NCBI GenBank assembly: GCA_031409335.1
Contig: JANNWY010000008.1
Coordinates: 1-28,131, forward strand
Length of the DNA: 28,131 nucleotides
From: Chthoniobacteraceae bacterium
GTDB lineage: Bacteria > Verrucomicrobiota > Verrucomicrobiia > Chthoniobacterales > Chthoniobacteraceae
Reading direction: 5' to 3'
The translations under genes were made by a program, and so were the position numbers. Each line of letters opens with the position of its first letter. Within the stretch, counting starts at the first letter, position 1. The notes below the pieces were generated by a model. It made no database searches. It was not told the DNA's origin and saw only the letters and a program-made list of their open reading frames with translations. This document shows positions 7,824 through 15,896 of this stretch, in pieces.

Positions 7824-10409
7824 ATGATTCGCTCCCTCCTCCCCCCACTACTGCTGCTCGCATTCTTTTTTCAGACCGCCGTCGCGGTGCCGCTGGTCAC
7901 TTTCAGCGATACCTGGCACTACCGCAAAGGCACCAGCGCGCCCCAGGCCGACTGGAAAACGGCCCCCGATGTCTCGCTCGACGGCACATGGCTCACCGGC
8001 GCGGGCTGGATCGGCTACGGCGACGGCTCGGGCGCAACCGCGGCGGGCACGACGCTGAGCGACATGCGCATGACGACCACGCCTGTGAATGCTGGCTATC
8101 GCACTTTTTACATCCGCAAAACATTTACCATCCCGGCAGGCACGCCGGCGACGGATGAAGTGGTGCTCGATACGGATTTCGACGACGGCTTCATCGCGTG
8201 GATGAGCGGGACGTTTGTGGACAGCCAGAACTGCCCCGGTTCTCCCGCCGAGCCTGCTTTCGTCCCGGTCGGCACGATGAGCAGTCACGAGTGCTCCTTT
8301 GGCAACGGCACGCAGTCGCCGGTGCGCAGCACGGTGCTCGGCACGGTGGGCGCGAACTTTCCGCCGGGCACCTATGTGCTCGCCGCGATGTGTCTGAACG
8401 AGAACCTCGGCTCCAGCGATGCCGTGTTAAAGATGAGCCTCTCGACGCGCGCGGTCGCGCCGCCGCTCACGCAGCACTGGACGCTCGCGCAGAGTCCCAT
8501 CGTGCTCACTGCCACTTTCAACGTGGCGGCGAACGATGAGCTGATCATCGATCCCGGCGTGGAAGTACGCTGCCACTCCGCGAGCGACGCAATTACCTGC
8601 TCAGGGAAAATCACAGCCATCGGCACGCAGGCGCAGCCCATCCGGTTCGTTCGCGCGAGCGCGGGCAGCGCGTGGCGGCGGATTGTCATCTCCGGCACGC
8701 AAGAGAGCGTTTTCAAATGGTGCGACTTTGACGGCGCGAACACCTCCGGCACCATCCGCGGGAGTGGCACCGTCAGCGTCAGCCCATCGGTGCATTTGGA
8801 AAATTGCCGCTGGCTGAACACTGACGTGCAGATGGTCGATCTGACCTACACGTCGTGCCGGCTCATCAACTGCGAGTTCGACTCCATCGGCGCGCAGGAG
8901 CTGATCCATTTCTCAAACATGCCCGCCAACGGCCACGCGCTCATCCAGGGCTGCCGCTTCGGCCTGCCCGGCGTGCCGCCCACCAGCGGCTACAATGACA
9001 TCGTTGACTTCACCGGCGGCAACCGTCCCGGCCCCATCGCGCAATTCATCGGCAACATCTTCCTCGCCAGCGTGGACGACTGCTTCGACATGGACGGCAC
9101 CGATGCGCACATCGAGGGGAATATTTTCCTCAACGTGCAAAAGGACGCCAACCGCTCCAGCAGCAGCAATCCCATCACCACCGGCGCGGACGGCGGTAAC
9201 CGCAGCGAACTCGTGATTTGCCGCAACGTCTTTTACAACACCGAGCATGTCTTCATGGAAAAGGACAACGGGACCGGGCTGCTGCAAAACAACACCATTG
9301 TCAAACTGGTGACGAATCCGTTCAGCGACAACACTCACCCGGGCGGCAACGAAGCCAGCGGCATCATCATGTTCGGCGAGCCCTGGCGCCTGACATTCCC
9401 CTACGGTGACGGCGCGATTTTCGACGGCAACATTGCCACGGAAATAGACGCGGCAATTACCGACCCATGGCCGGTCCTGCCAGGCGCGTCTGCGGAGGCC
9501 GGCTTCTTTTTCCCGCGGCGGAAGAACTGCATCCAGCGATTTCTGCAAACCGGCGCGGGGAACACCGGCAACATTTATGCTGACCCGCTGCTCGTCTCCA
9601 CCAGCGGAGTGGATCACACAAACATCTTCGCGAAATTCGCGCTCCAGCCCGGCAGCCCGTGCATCGGCACGGGGCCGAACGGCATCGACATGGGCGCCAT
9701 CGTGCCGTCCGGCGCGAGCCTCAGCGGCCAGCCTACGGGAACGACCGCGGCCACCGGCGGGACCATCACCGTCGCCGGCCCCGGCATCTGGGCGTATCAG
9801 TGGCGGCTCGACGGCGGCGCGTGGAGCGCGGAGGTCAGCCTCGTCCCCGCCGCGATCTGGGCCGGCCAGCCGTTCACGGGCACCATGCTCGACAATCCCA
9901 CACCCATCGTGCTGAGCGGCCTCGCCGACGGCAGCCACACGCTCGAGGTGCGCGGAAAAAACAGCGCCGCGTTCTGGCAGGATACACCGTATGCCACCGC
10001 CACATGGACCGTCTTCCTCGACACCGACAACGACCAACTGCCCGACGCATGGGAAACCGCGAACGGCCTCAATCCAAACGATCCTGCCGACGCTGCGCTC
10101 GACGCCGACGGCGACGGGCAGAGCAACGCGCAGGAATACACCGCAGGCACCAACCCGCAGGACCCGAACAGCCGCTTCATCGCCACCGCCACAACCACGC
10201 CCACGCCCGGCGAATACACGATCACTTTCAACGCCGCCGCCGGAAAGAGCTACACCGTGCGCTACAAAGACGACCTCACCGCCGCGACGTGGACAGTGCT
10301 CCAGCAATTCGCCACACAGCCTGCCAGCGGCATTCTCAGCGCGCTCGACACTCCGCCCGATGGCACAACGAAACGCTTCTACCAAGTCGTCACCCCGCAG
10401 CAGCCGTAG
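7824..10409 (+). CDS. Secreted modular beta-helix protein, paralog of 5304-7736, with an Ig-like domain instead of FN3
   Basis: Signal peptide MIRSLLPPLLLLAFFFQTAVA; WHYRKG, IGYGDG and FDDGFIAW; beta-helix repeats; ALQPGSPCIGTG; YQWRLDGGAW and GLADGSHTLEVRG; DTDNDQLPD; ends KRFYQVVTPQQP. Confidence 0.88.
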   Translation: MIRSLLPPLLLLAFFFQTAVAVPLVTFSDTWHYRKGTSAPQADWKTAPDVSLDGTWLTGAGWIGYGDGSGATAAGTTLSDMRMTTTPVNAGYRTFYIRKTFTIPAGTPATDEVVLDTDFDDGFIAWMSGTFVDSQNCPGSPAEPAFVPVGTMSSHECSFGNGTQSPVRSTVLGTVGANFPPGTYVLAAMCLNENLGSSDAVLKMSLSTRAVAPPLTQHWTLAQSPIVLTATFNVAANDELIIDPGVEVRCHSASDAITCSGKITAIGTQAQPIRFVRASAGSAWRRIVISGTQESVFKWCDFDGANTSGTIRGSGTVSVSPSVHLENCRWLNTDVQMVDLTYTSCRLINCEFDSIGAQELIHFSNMPANGHALIQGCRFGLPGVPPTSGYNDIVDFTGGNRPGPIAQFIGNIFLASVDDCFDMDGTDAHIEGNIFLNVQKDANRSSSSNPITTGADGGNRSELVICRNVFYNTEHVFMEKDNGTGLLQNNTIVKLVTNPFSDNTHPGGNEASGIIMFGEPWRLTFPYGDGAIFDGNIATEIDAAITDPWPVLPGASAEAGFFFPRRKNCIQRFLQTGAGNTGNIYADPLLVSTSGVDHTNIFAKFALQPGSPCIGTGPNGIDMGAIVPSGASLSGQPTGTTAATGGTITVAGPGIWAYQWRLDGGAWSAEVSLVPAAIWAGQPFTGTMLDNPTPIVLSGLADGSHTLEVRGKNSAAFWQDTPYATATWTVFLDTDNDQLPDAWETANGLNPNDPADAALDADGDGQSNAQEYTAGTNPQDPNSRFIATATTTPTPGEYTITFNAAAGKSYTVRYKDDLTAATWTVLQQFATQPASGILSALDTPPDGTTKRFYQVVTPQQP

Positions 10410-10558
10410 CGGCTGCCGCGGGCGCAGGCGGCGGGATTCGCTCGTGGGTGTGGAACAGGCGCGGATCGGCGCGTGCGAACCGGCAGGCGGACTGGCTTTC
10501 CCGATTTCCGAAGGAATCGCTAGTGAATTTGGGTTTGCGTCCCGGCGCGCACACGAAG

Positions 10559-10937
10559 AGGTGGCGGGTCAGACCTTCGGCTACTTCGCCGCTTTCTTCG
10601 CCGACCAGTCCCGCGACTGATCGTTACCGTCACGATCCTTCGACTCGATCTTCCCTGTGATGGCGTCCGCAGTGAGCTTCCCGTTGTATTTGGAAATCAT
10701 CTTCGTGCCGTTGTACTCCCGCGTCACTGAGAACGTGACGTCCGCGCCTTTGACCGAGCCTTCCGCGATTTCCGTCACCCGCGCCTCTCCGCCGTCACGG
10801 CCCGGCGAACTCAGCTTTCCCGTCAGTTTCTCGCCGTCCTGCGTCAAGGTCAGGGTCATCGTCCTTTCCGCCGCGCCATTTCGGCCGGGTGATGTCCACG
10901 TCCAGGTTCCCGTGGCGGAAGGCGCCTTGTCGTCAGC
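10559..10937. repeat. Direct repeat copy 2
   Basis: Matches 4643-5030 at an offset of 5916 bp. Confidence 0.95.
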
Positions 10938-11015
10938 GGCAGCCGTGGTGAAGCCGCCCAGCGCAAGAACCGCGCAGAAGGCCACTTTAGTTAGAATTGC
11001 GAATTGATGATGCAT
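10581..11015 (-). CDS. Small secreted beta-rich hypothetical protein (144 aa)
   Basis: Signal peptide MHHQFAILTKVAFCAVLALGGFTTAAA; alternating-pattern strands GTWTWT, TLTLTQDGEKLTGKL and VTFSVTRE; a conserved second copy lies in the window. Confidence 0.88.
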   Translation of the reverse strand: MHHQFAILTKVAFCAVLALGGFTTAAADDKAPSATGTWTWTSPGRNGAAERTMTLTLTQDGEKLTGKLSSPGRDGGEARVTEIAEGSVKGADVTFSVTREYNGTKMISKYNGKLTADAITGKIESKDRDGNDQSRDWSAKKAAK

Positions 11016-11096
11016 GGTGTGTTTGTCGGTTGGTTGTTGGTGCTGGGAAATGGCGTCACCTGCGGCGGACTAGCTCGTCTGGCGATGGAGGCTGAC

Positions 11097-11918
11097 CTAA
11101 TGGGTCATCACGTACACAATGATATTGATGCCGAGCGGGTAGGCTTTGGGTTCTGAGAACTCGGTGAAGTAGTAGGGATCGGTGGCTTCCTCCTCCCAGC
11201 CATCGCCGAGGTCGGTGTTGTGGCAGATGAGCATCATCAGGCGGCCTTTGTCGTCGGTGATGCCACGATAGTGCGGAGTCTGCCCATCCTCGGTTTCCCA
11301 GGTGATGCCGGTGCCGCGGTAGCGCATCGCATGGCCGACGTTGGGAATTTGCGGCTTCTCCTTCAGATCATAGACGCAGTGGAAGATGGGATGCTCCAAA
11401 GGCAGTTCCACGGGTTCACGGTCCGGGAAGACACGCTTGATGACTTCGTCGTAAAAGTGCTCCCACGGCACTTCGCCCCAGAAATCGTCCACCATCAGGA
11501 AGCCTCCGCCGAGCAGGTAGCGGCGGAGCGTTTTCACCTCCTCGTCACTCATGACGATGGCAGGCACCCCGCTCATAAACGCGAAGGGATAGCGGAAGAG
11601 TTCCTTGTCGGTGAGATCAATCACCTTGCCGTTGGGATCCACCTTCATCGAAGTCATCTGGTGAAGGCGCCAGGAAAAGTTGACATCCGCATCCGGGTAA
11701 TCCGTCCACCAGGCGTAGCTACTGCGATCACGGCTGGACCGATACTTAATGCGCACGAAGGTGAAACAATCCTTGGCGAAGCGCGGAGCCAGTTCCCATT
11801 CGGGCACGTTGCCGCGATCGAAAGCGGGTTGCCCTCGCCTCGAAAACTGGCTCTTGGCCAGCGGCACCATTAAGCCTGCGGCGGCAAGCATCAGCACTAA
11901 GAATAGCCTTCGGTTCAT
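11097..11918 (-). CDS. DUF4159 domain-containing secreted protein
   Basis: Signal MNRRLFLVLMLAAAG; motifs FTFVRIKY, WWTDYPDAD, LRRYLLGGGFLMVDDFWG, HPIFHCVYD, HNTDLGDGWE and GINIIVYVMTH. Confidence 0.9.
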   Translation of the reverse strand: MNRRLFLVLMLAAAGLMVPLAKSQFSRRGQPAFDRGNVPEWELAPRFAKDCFTFVRIKYRSSRDRSSYAWWTDYPDADVNFSWRLHQMTSMKVDPNGKVIDLTDKELFRYPFAFMSGVPAIVMSDEEVKTLRRYLLGGGFLMVDDFWGEVPWEHFYDEVIKRVFPDREPVELPLEHPIFHCVYDLKEKPQIPNVGHAMRYRGTGITWETEDGQTPHYRGITDDKGRLMMLICHNTDLGDGWEEEATDPYYFTEFSEPKAYPLGINIIVYVMTH

Positions 11919-12075
11919 GGTCGGTGCGTGATTGCGGCAGCAGTTGTGGTTCGGTCGTTCCTTGATGCGCTCTGTCAGTCGCAGATTCTTGGTGCCAAAG
12001 TTGCAGCCGGTCGAGAACGAACTCGGCGTGGCAGTGAAGCGGCCTGGTGCTAACGAAATCTGTGCTGCGTGGAAA

Positions 12076-14130
12076 TCAGTTCGCCGCGTTGACCAGTTTC
12101 TCGATGGCGGCGGCGCGCTCGGCGTCATTGTTAAAGACGATGACGGGGCGAGGGGCGATCAGTTTGATGAGCGCTGCGAGGTCGCCGTATTTCACCGCGC
12201 CGGGCAGGAGATTCAGATCGCGCCAGTCGGTGATTTTCATGAACGGGCTCTCCGCGGCTTCGATCACGAGACCGTCGATGGCATCCCCGGCGAGCGCGGC
12301 GGCAGCAGCAGCGATGGGGCCGGTGCGCCCGTTGCCGACGAGGACGATTTTGGTCTCCCTGCCGGCGGACTGCCGCGTTTGCGCGAGGAAGGTCAGCACA
12401 TCATGCACGCGCTGCGCGAAGAGCGCGTCGTTGTAGCCGAGCGAGTATGCGGGGGCTTCGCGCGGATTCTTGACGAGCCGTTGCGCGGTGATTTCCTTGT
12501 CCTCGGGCTTCGCCGATCCCTGTCCGAAAAGATTGATGGCGGCGATCTGCGTGCCGGCGTCGAGGAGTGATCGCAAGGCGTCGATTGGTTTGTTGGCAAA
12601 CAGGGCCGCGGGTGCGCCGCGATCGTTCAGCCATACGACGATGCGCTGCCGCGGACTGGCGGGCGTGAGCTGGATGAATGGGACCGCTTCCCCGCGCGCC
12701 GTGTCGCGAATGGCAGGCACGGAAAGCGCGTAGCCCGCGATCCGCCCCGGCGGCAATTCCTCGCGCGTGAGTTTTGCCTCTGGCTCATACCCGCGCCCGA
12801 TCAATACGCGCCACGCCGGCTTCACGATCTCCGGTTTTGCCGCGATCTGCTTTTTGGAATCCTCGTCCCACCAGCGCAGCAGCTTTTTCTCAAACTCCAC
12901 GCCGCCCTCGGGCGCGGGATGGGCGGCGTCCCAGACGGTGAGTTGTTCGCGCGAGAGCAGCTTGTACTCGCGCTCGACGATCGGCTCGGGCAGGCCGAGG
13001 GCGAAGTGTTTGTTGAACCACGAATAGATGTGCTCGCGCGTCGGCGAGTTGTAGTTGTGGCCGAACTGGAGCATCGGCCAGAGCGCCACGTTTTCCGGCG
13101 CGTCCATCAGTTTGTAGAGCTGTTGCAGTTCGGGGAAACCCTTCGTCTCCATCTCCTTCGTCCAGTCATCCGCGGCAGTCATCGCGAGTGGCTTCGGCGC
13201 GAAGAGCGCGGCGATTTCCACGTTGCCCGTGCCGACGCGTAAAAGACTCGCGTTTTCACAAGTGCAGCCACCCTGCATCGCGGTCGAGACCATGACGCAC
13301 GGGATGGCGACAGTGATGCGCGGGTCGATGGCCGCGGCGATGAAGGTCTGCGTGCCGCCGCCGCTCGCGCCGGTCATGCCGATGCGCTTCGCGTCCACGT
13401 CGGCGAGCGAGGTGAGAAAATCGATTGCGCGAATCGAATTCCACGTCTGCAAACCCATCACGCTCTGGAGCCGCAACTCCGCCTGCGCGCTGAACAGTCC
13501 CCAGCCATCCGGCGCGCTCGCTTCCGGGCGTTGCTTTTTGAAGCCATGCGCGAGCGCCATGCTGATCTGCTGCGAGTCGCTGTTGCCGAGCATGTCGTAC
13601 ATGAACGCGACGCAACCCATCCGCGCGAGGCCCACGCAGAGCGATTGGAAAATGCTGCGCCCGCTTTCCGGCAGCCGTTCGCCGCCGGATTCGATTTCCT
13701 TTTTCATCTCCGCATCGCCGCGGATCGCAAAGCGCGCATCCTCCCAATGCCCGTGCGCGCAAAGCACCGCCGGGTAAGGCCCAGCCTTGCCGCGCGGACG
13801 GTAGAGATTTCCCGTGACGAAAAATCCGGGCATCGACTCGAAGAACACTTTCTCGACCGTGTAGTCATCCATCTCGATGCGTCCGTGGACGACGGCGTGC
13901 AGCGGCGTCTTCGTGGGCTCGGGAAAAAGTCCCTGCGAAACGAGGATGCGTTTGCGCACTTCCTCCGCGCGCGTCTCCCACTCGGCGCGCGTGGCGGGGA
14001 CTTTGAAGGGGAAGTAACCGTCGAGGTCTTTGAGCGGGCCGAGGCGGATGTCGCCGGGCGGGGCGGCGTCCTGCGCGAAAGCGGAAGTCAGCAGGACGGC
14101 GGCGACGATGGGGAAGAGGAGTTTCGTCAT
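12076..14130 (-). CDS. Secreted alpha/beta-hydrolase (acetylxylan-esterase-like) with a degenerate second hydrolase domain
   Basis: Signal peptide MTKLLFPIVAAVLLTSAFA; YTVEKVFFES, VTGNLYRP and CAHGHW; nucleophile elbow GMTGASGGGTQT; GGCTCEN; FGHNY. The second half has LVGNGRTG with no Ser. Confidence 0.85.
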   Translation of the reverse strand: MTKLLFPIVAAVLLTSAFAQDAAPPGDIRLGPLKDLDGYFPFKVPATRAEWETRAEEVRKRILVSQGLFPEPTKTPLHAVVHGRIEMDDYTVEKVFFESMPGFFVTGNLYRPRGKAGPYPAVLCAHGHWEDARFAIRGDAEMKKEIESGGERLPESGRSIFQSLCVGLARMGCVAFMYDMLGNSDSQQISMALAHGFKKQRPEASAPDGWGLFSAQAELRLQSVMGLQTWNSIRAIDFLTSLADVDAKRIGMTGASGGGTQTFIAAAIDPRITVAIPCVMVSTAMQGGCTCENASLLRVGTGNVEIAALFAPKPLAMTAADDWTKEMETKGFPELQQLYKLMDAPENVALWPMLQFGHNYNSPTREHIYSWFNKHFALGLPEPIVEREYKLLSREQLTVWDAAHPAPEGGVEFEKKLLRWWDEDSKKQIAAKPEIVKPAWRVLIGRGYEPEAKLTREELPPGRIAGYALSVPAIRDTARGEAVPFIQLTPASPRQRIVVWLNDRGAPAALFANKPIDALRSLLDAGTQIAAINLFGQGSAKPEDKEITAQRLVKNPREAPAYSLGYNDALFAQRVHDVLTFLAQTRQSAGRETKIVLVGNGRTGPIAAAAAALAGDAIDGLVIEAAESPFMKITDWRDLNLLPGAVKYGDLAALIKLIAPRPVIVFNNDAERAAAIEKLVNAAN

Positions 14131-14243
14131 GGCGCGATGACATCCGCGCCGCTTGAAAATGACAAGCCCGGCTCGCCGCCCATTCGCGACGGCGTCCTTC
14201 CCGCTTGCGATCATCACGGCGGGCTGATTTGTTGCGGAAGACA

Positions 14244-15350
14244 ATGAGCACCGAAGCCGCCCGCCCGATGGTCGAACTCCGCGAAGTGACGAAGCGATTC
14301 GGCAGTTTCGTCGCCACGCAGGATGTGAATCTGGACATCAAGGCGGGCGAGTTTCTCACCCTCCTCGGACCGTCGGGCTGCGGGAAGACGACGCTGTTGC
14401 GGATGATCTCCGGTTTTGAAACGCCGACCCAAGGCAGCGTGTGGCTGGATGGCGTGGACGTGACGCACGTGCCGCCGTACCGGCGCAATGTGAATCAGGT
14501 GTTTCAAAGTTACGCGCTCTTCCCGCACCTCACCGTGGAGGATAACATCGCGTTCGGTTTGAAAATGAACAAGACGCCCAAGGAGCAGATAGCCGATCGC
14601 GTGAAGCGTGGGATCGATCTGGTGTCGCTCGGCGGGTTTGAAAAGCGCAAGCCGAGTGAGCTTTCGGGCGGGCAGCGGCAGCGCGTGGCGCTGGCACGGG
14701 CAATCGTTTGCGAGCCAAAGGTGCTGCTGCTCGATGAGCCGCTCTCGGCGCTGGATGCGAAGCTGCGGCACAAAATGCAGATCGAGCTGAAGCGGCTCCA
14801 GCAAAAGCTCGGCATCACATTTGTCTTCGTGACGCACGATCAGGAGGAGGCGCTGACGATGAGCGACCGGATCGCCGTGGTGAACAAGGGCCGCATCGAA
14901 CAGCTCGGCGGCGTGAACGATATTTACCACCGCCCGCGGACGACGTTCGTCGCAAATTTCATCGGTGAGGCGAACATCCTCCCGGCCACGGTGCAATCGC
15001 GCGAGGGCGAACTCGTGATGGTTTTGCTCGACGGAAAACTGCCGCTCGTGATCGACGACGACGGCATCGCGCCGGACGCGGAATCGCTGCTGATTTCGAT
15101 CCGCCCGGAAAAAATTCACCTGCAAAAAACGCCGATCGTCGGCGAGAAGCGGGACAACATTTTTGAAGCGACGATCAGCGAGGAAATTTTCAAAGGCGCG
15201 ACGGATGACCTGACGATTTCGACCAATGACGGGCTCGAACTGACGGTGTGCGCCGCCAACGAAAGCGCGCATGAGGAGAATTTCGGCAAGGGCGACAAGG
15301 TATATTGTCGGCTGCACCCAAACGATGTCGTGGTCGTGCAGGAAGAGTAG
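14244..15350 (+). CDS. potA: Spermidine/putrescine-type ABC transporter ATP-binding subunit
   Basis: Walker A GPSGCGKT, VFQSYALFPHL, LSGGQRQRVALARA, LLLDEPLSALD, VTHDQEEALTMSDRI and a C-terminal TOBE-like region. Confidence 0.88.
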   Translation: MSTEAARPMVELREVTKRFGSFVATQDVNLDIKAGEFLTLLGPSGCGKTTLLRMISGFETPTQGSVWLDGVDVTHVPPYRRNVNQVFQSYALFPHLTVEDNIAFGLKMNKTPKEQIADRVKRGIDLVSLGGFEKRKPSELSGGQRQRVALARAIVCEPKVLLLDEPLSALDAKLRHKMQIELKRLQQKLGITFVFVTHDQEEALTMSDRIAVVNKGRIEQLGGVNDIYHRPRTTFVANFIGEANILPATVQSREGELVMVLLDGKLPLVIDDDGIAPDAESLLISIRPEKIHLQKTPIVGEKRDNIFEATISEEIFKGATDDLTISTNDGLELTVCAANESAHEENFGKGDKVYCRLHPNDVVVVQEE

Positions 15351-15352
15351 AG

Positions 15353-15445
15353 AATTTCAGATGTCGGATTTCAGATTTCAGATTGAATGTTCGACGCTGC
15401 ACGAGTTTCCAATTTGAAATCTGAAATCCAAAATCTGAAATCCCA
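15353..15445. repeat. Inverted pair of 7-bp tandem repeat arrays
   Basis: Left arm ATTTCAG ATGTCGG ATTTCAG ATTTCAG ATT; right arm AATTTGA AATCTGA AATCCAA AATCTGA AATCCCA. The arms are imperfect reverse complements. Confidence 0.85.
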
Positions 15446-15894
15446 TGTCTGAGCAAAACATTTGGACGGGAACGTCCTCCCAAGTAAAAAATTTCTGGCT
15501 CTTCGTCGCGTGCCTGCTCGTGATCCCGATTCCGTGGGCGATCTGGGCGTGGCTGAAGACGAAGAATCGCATCTACACGCTGACGAGCGAGCGGCTGATG
15601 ATTCGCAGCGGCGTATTCAATATTGCTACCGAAACGCTCGAGCTTTACCGCGTTCGCGACCTTCAGATTTTGGAACCATTCTGGCTGCGGCTGTGGGGAT
15701 TGAAGAATCTGCACCTCATCACCACCGACTCGACCACGCCGCAATTGATCCTCGATTACATCCCCGCCGCGCTCGATCTCGGGGCCAAGTTTCGCCAGCA
15801 GATCGAACTCAGCCGCCAGAAAAAAGGCGTGCGCGAGTTTGGCATCGAACTCGATCGCGGCGGCGACAACGTCGGTGACGCGCAGATTTCCTGA
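15445..15894 (+). CDS. Bacterial PH-domain (bPH_2-like) membrane protein
   Basis: N-terminal TM segment followed by YTLTSERLMIRSGVFNIATETLELYRVRDL and LHLITTDSTTP. Confidence 0.82.
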   Translation: MSEQNIWTGTSSQVKNFWLFVACLLVIPIPWAIWAWLKTKNRIYTLTSERLMIRSGVFNIATETLELYRVRDLQILEPFWLRLWGLKNLHLITTDSTTPQLILDYIPAALDLGAKFRQQIELSRQKKGVREFGIELDRGGDNVGDAQIS

Positions 15895-15896
15895 AA

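Noticed and set aside
11970..12006. Possible sigma54 or ECF promoter upstream of DUF4159 (minus strand GCAACTTTGGCACCAAGAATCTGCGAC)
   Set aside because: The GG-to-GC spacing is 12 nt rather than the 10 nt sigma54 needs; the ECF-like match is too short to support.
15353..15445. Repeats as a CRISPR array
   Set aside because: 7-bp tandem units without unique spacers, and no cas genes in the window.
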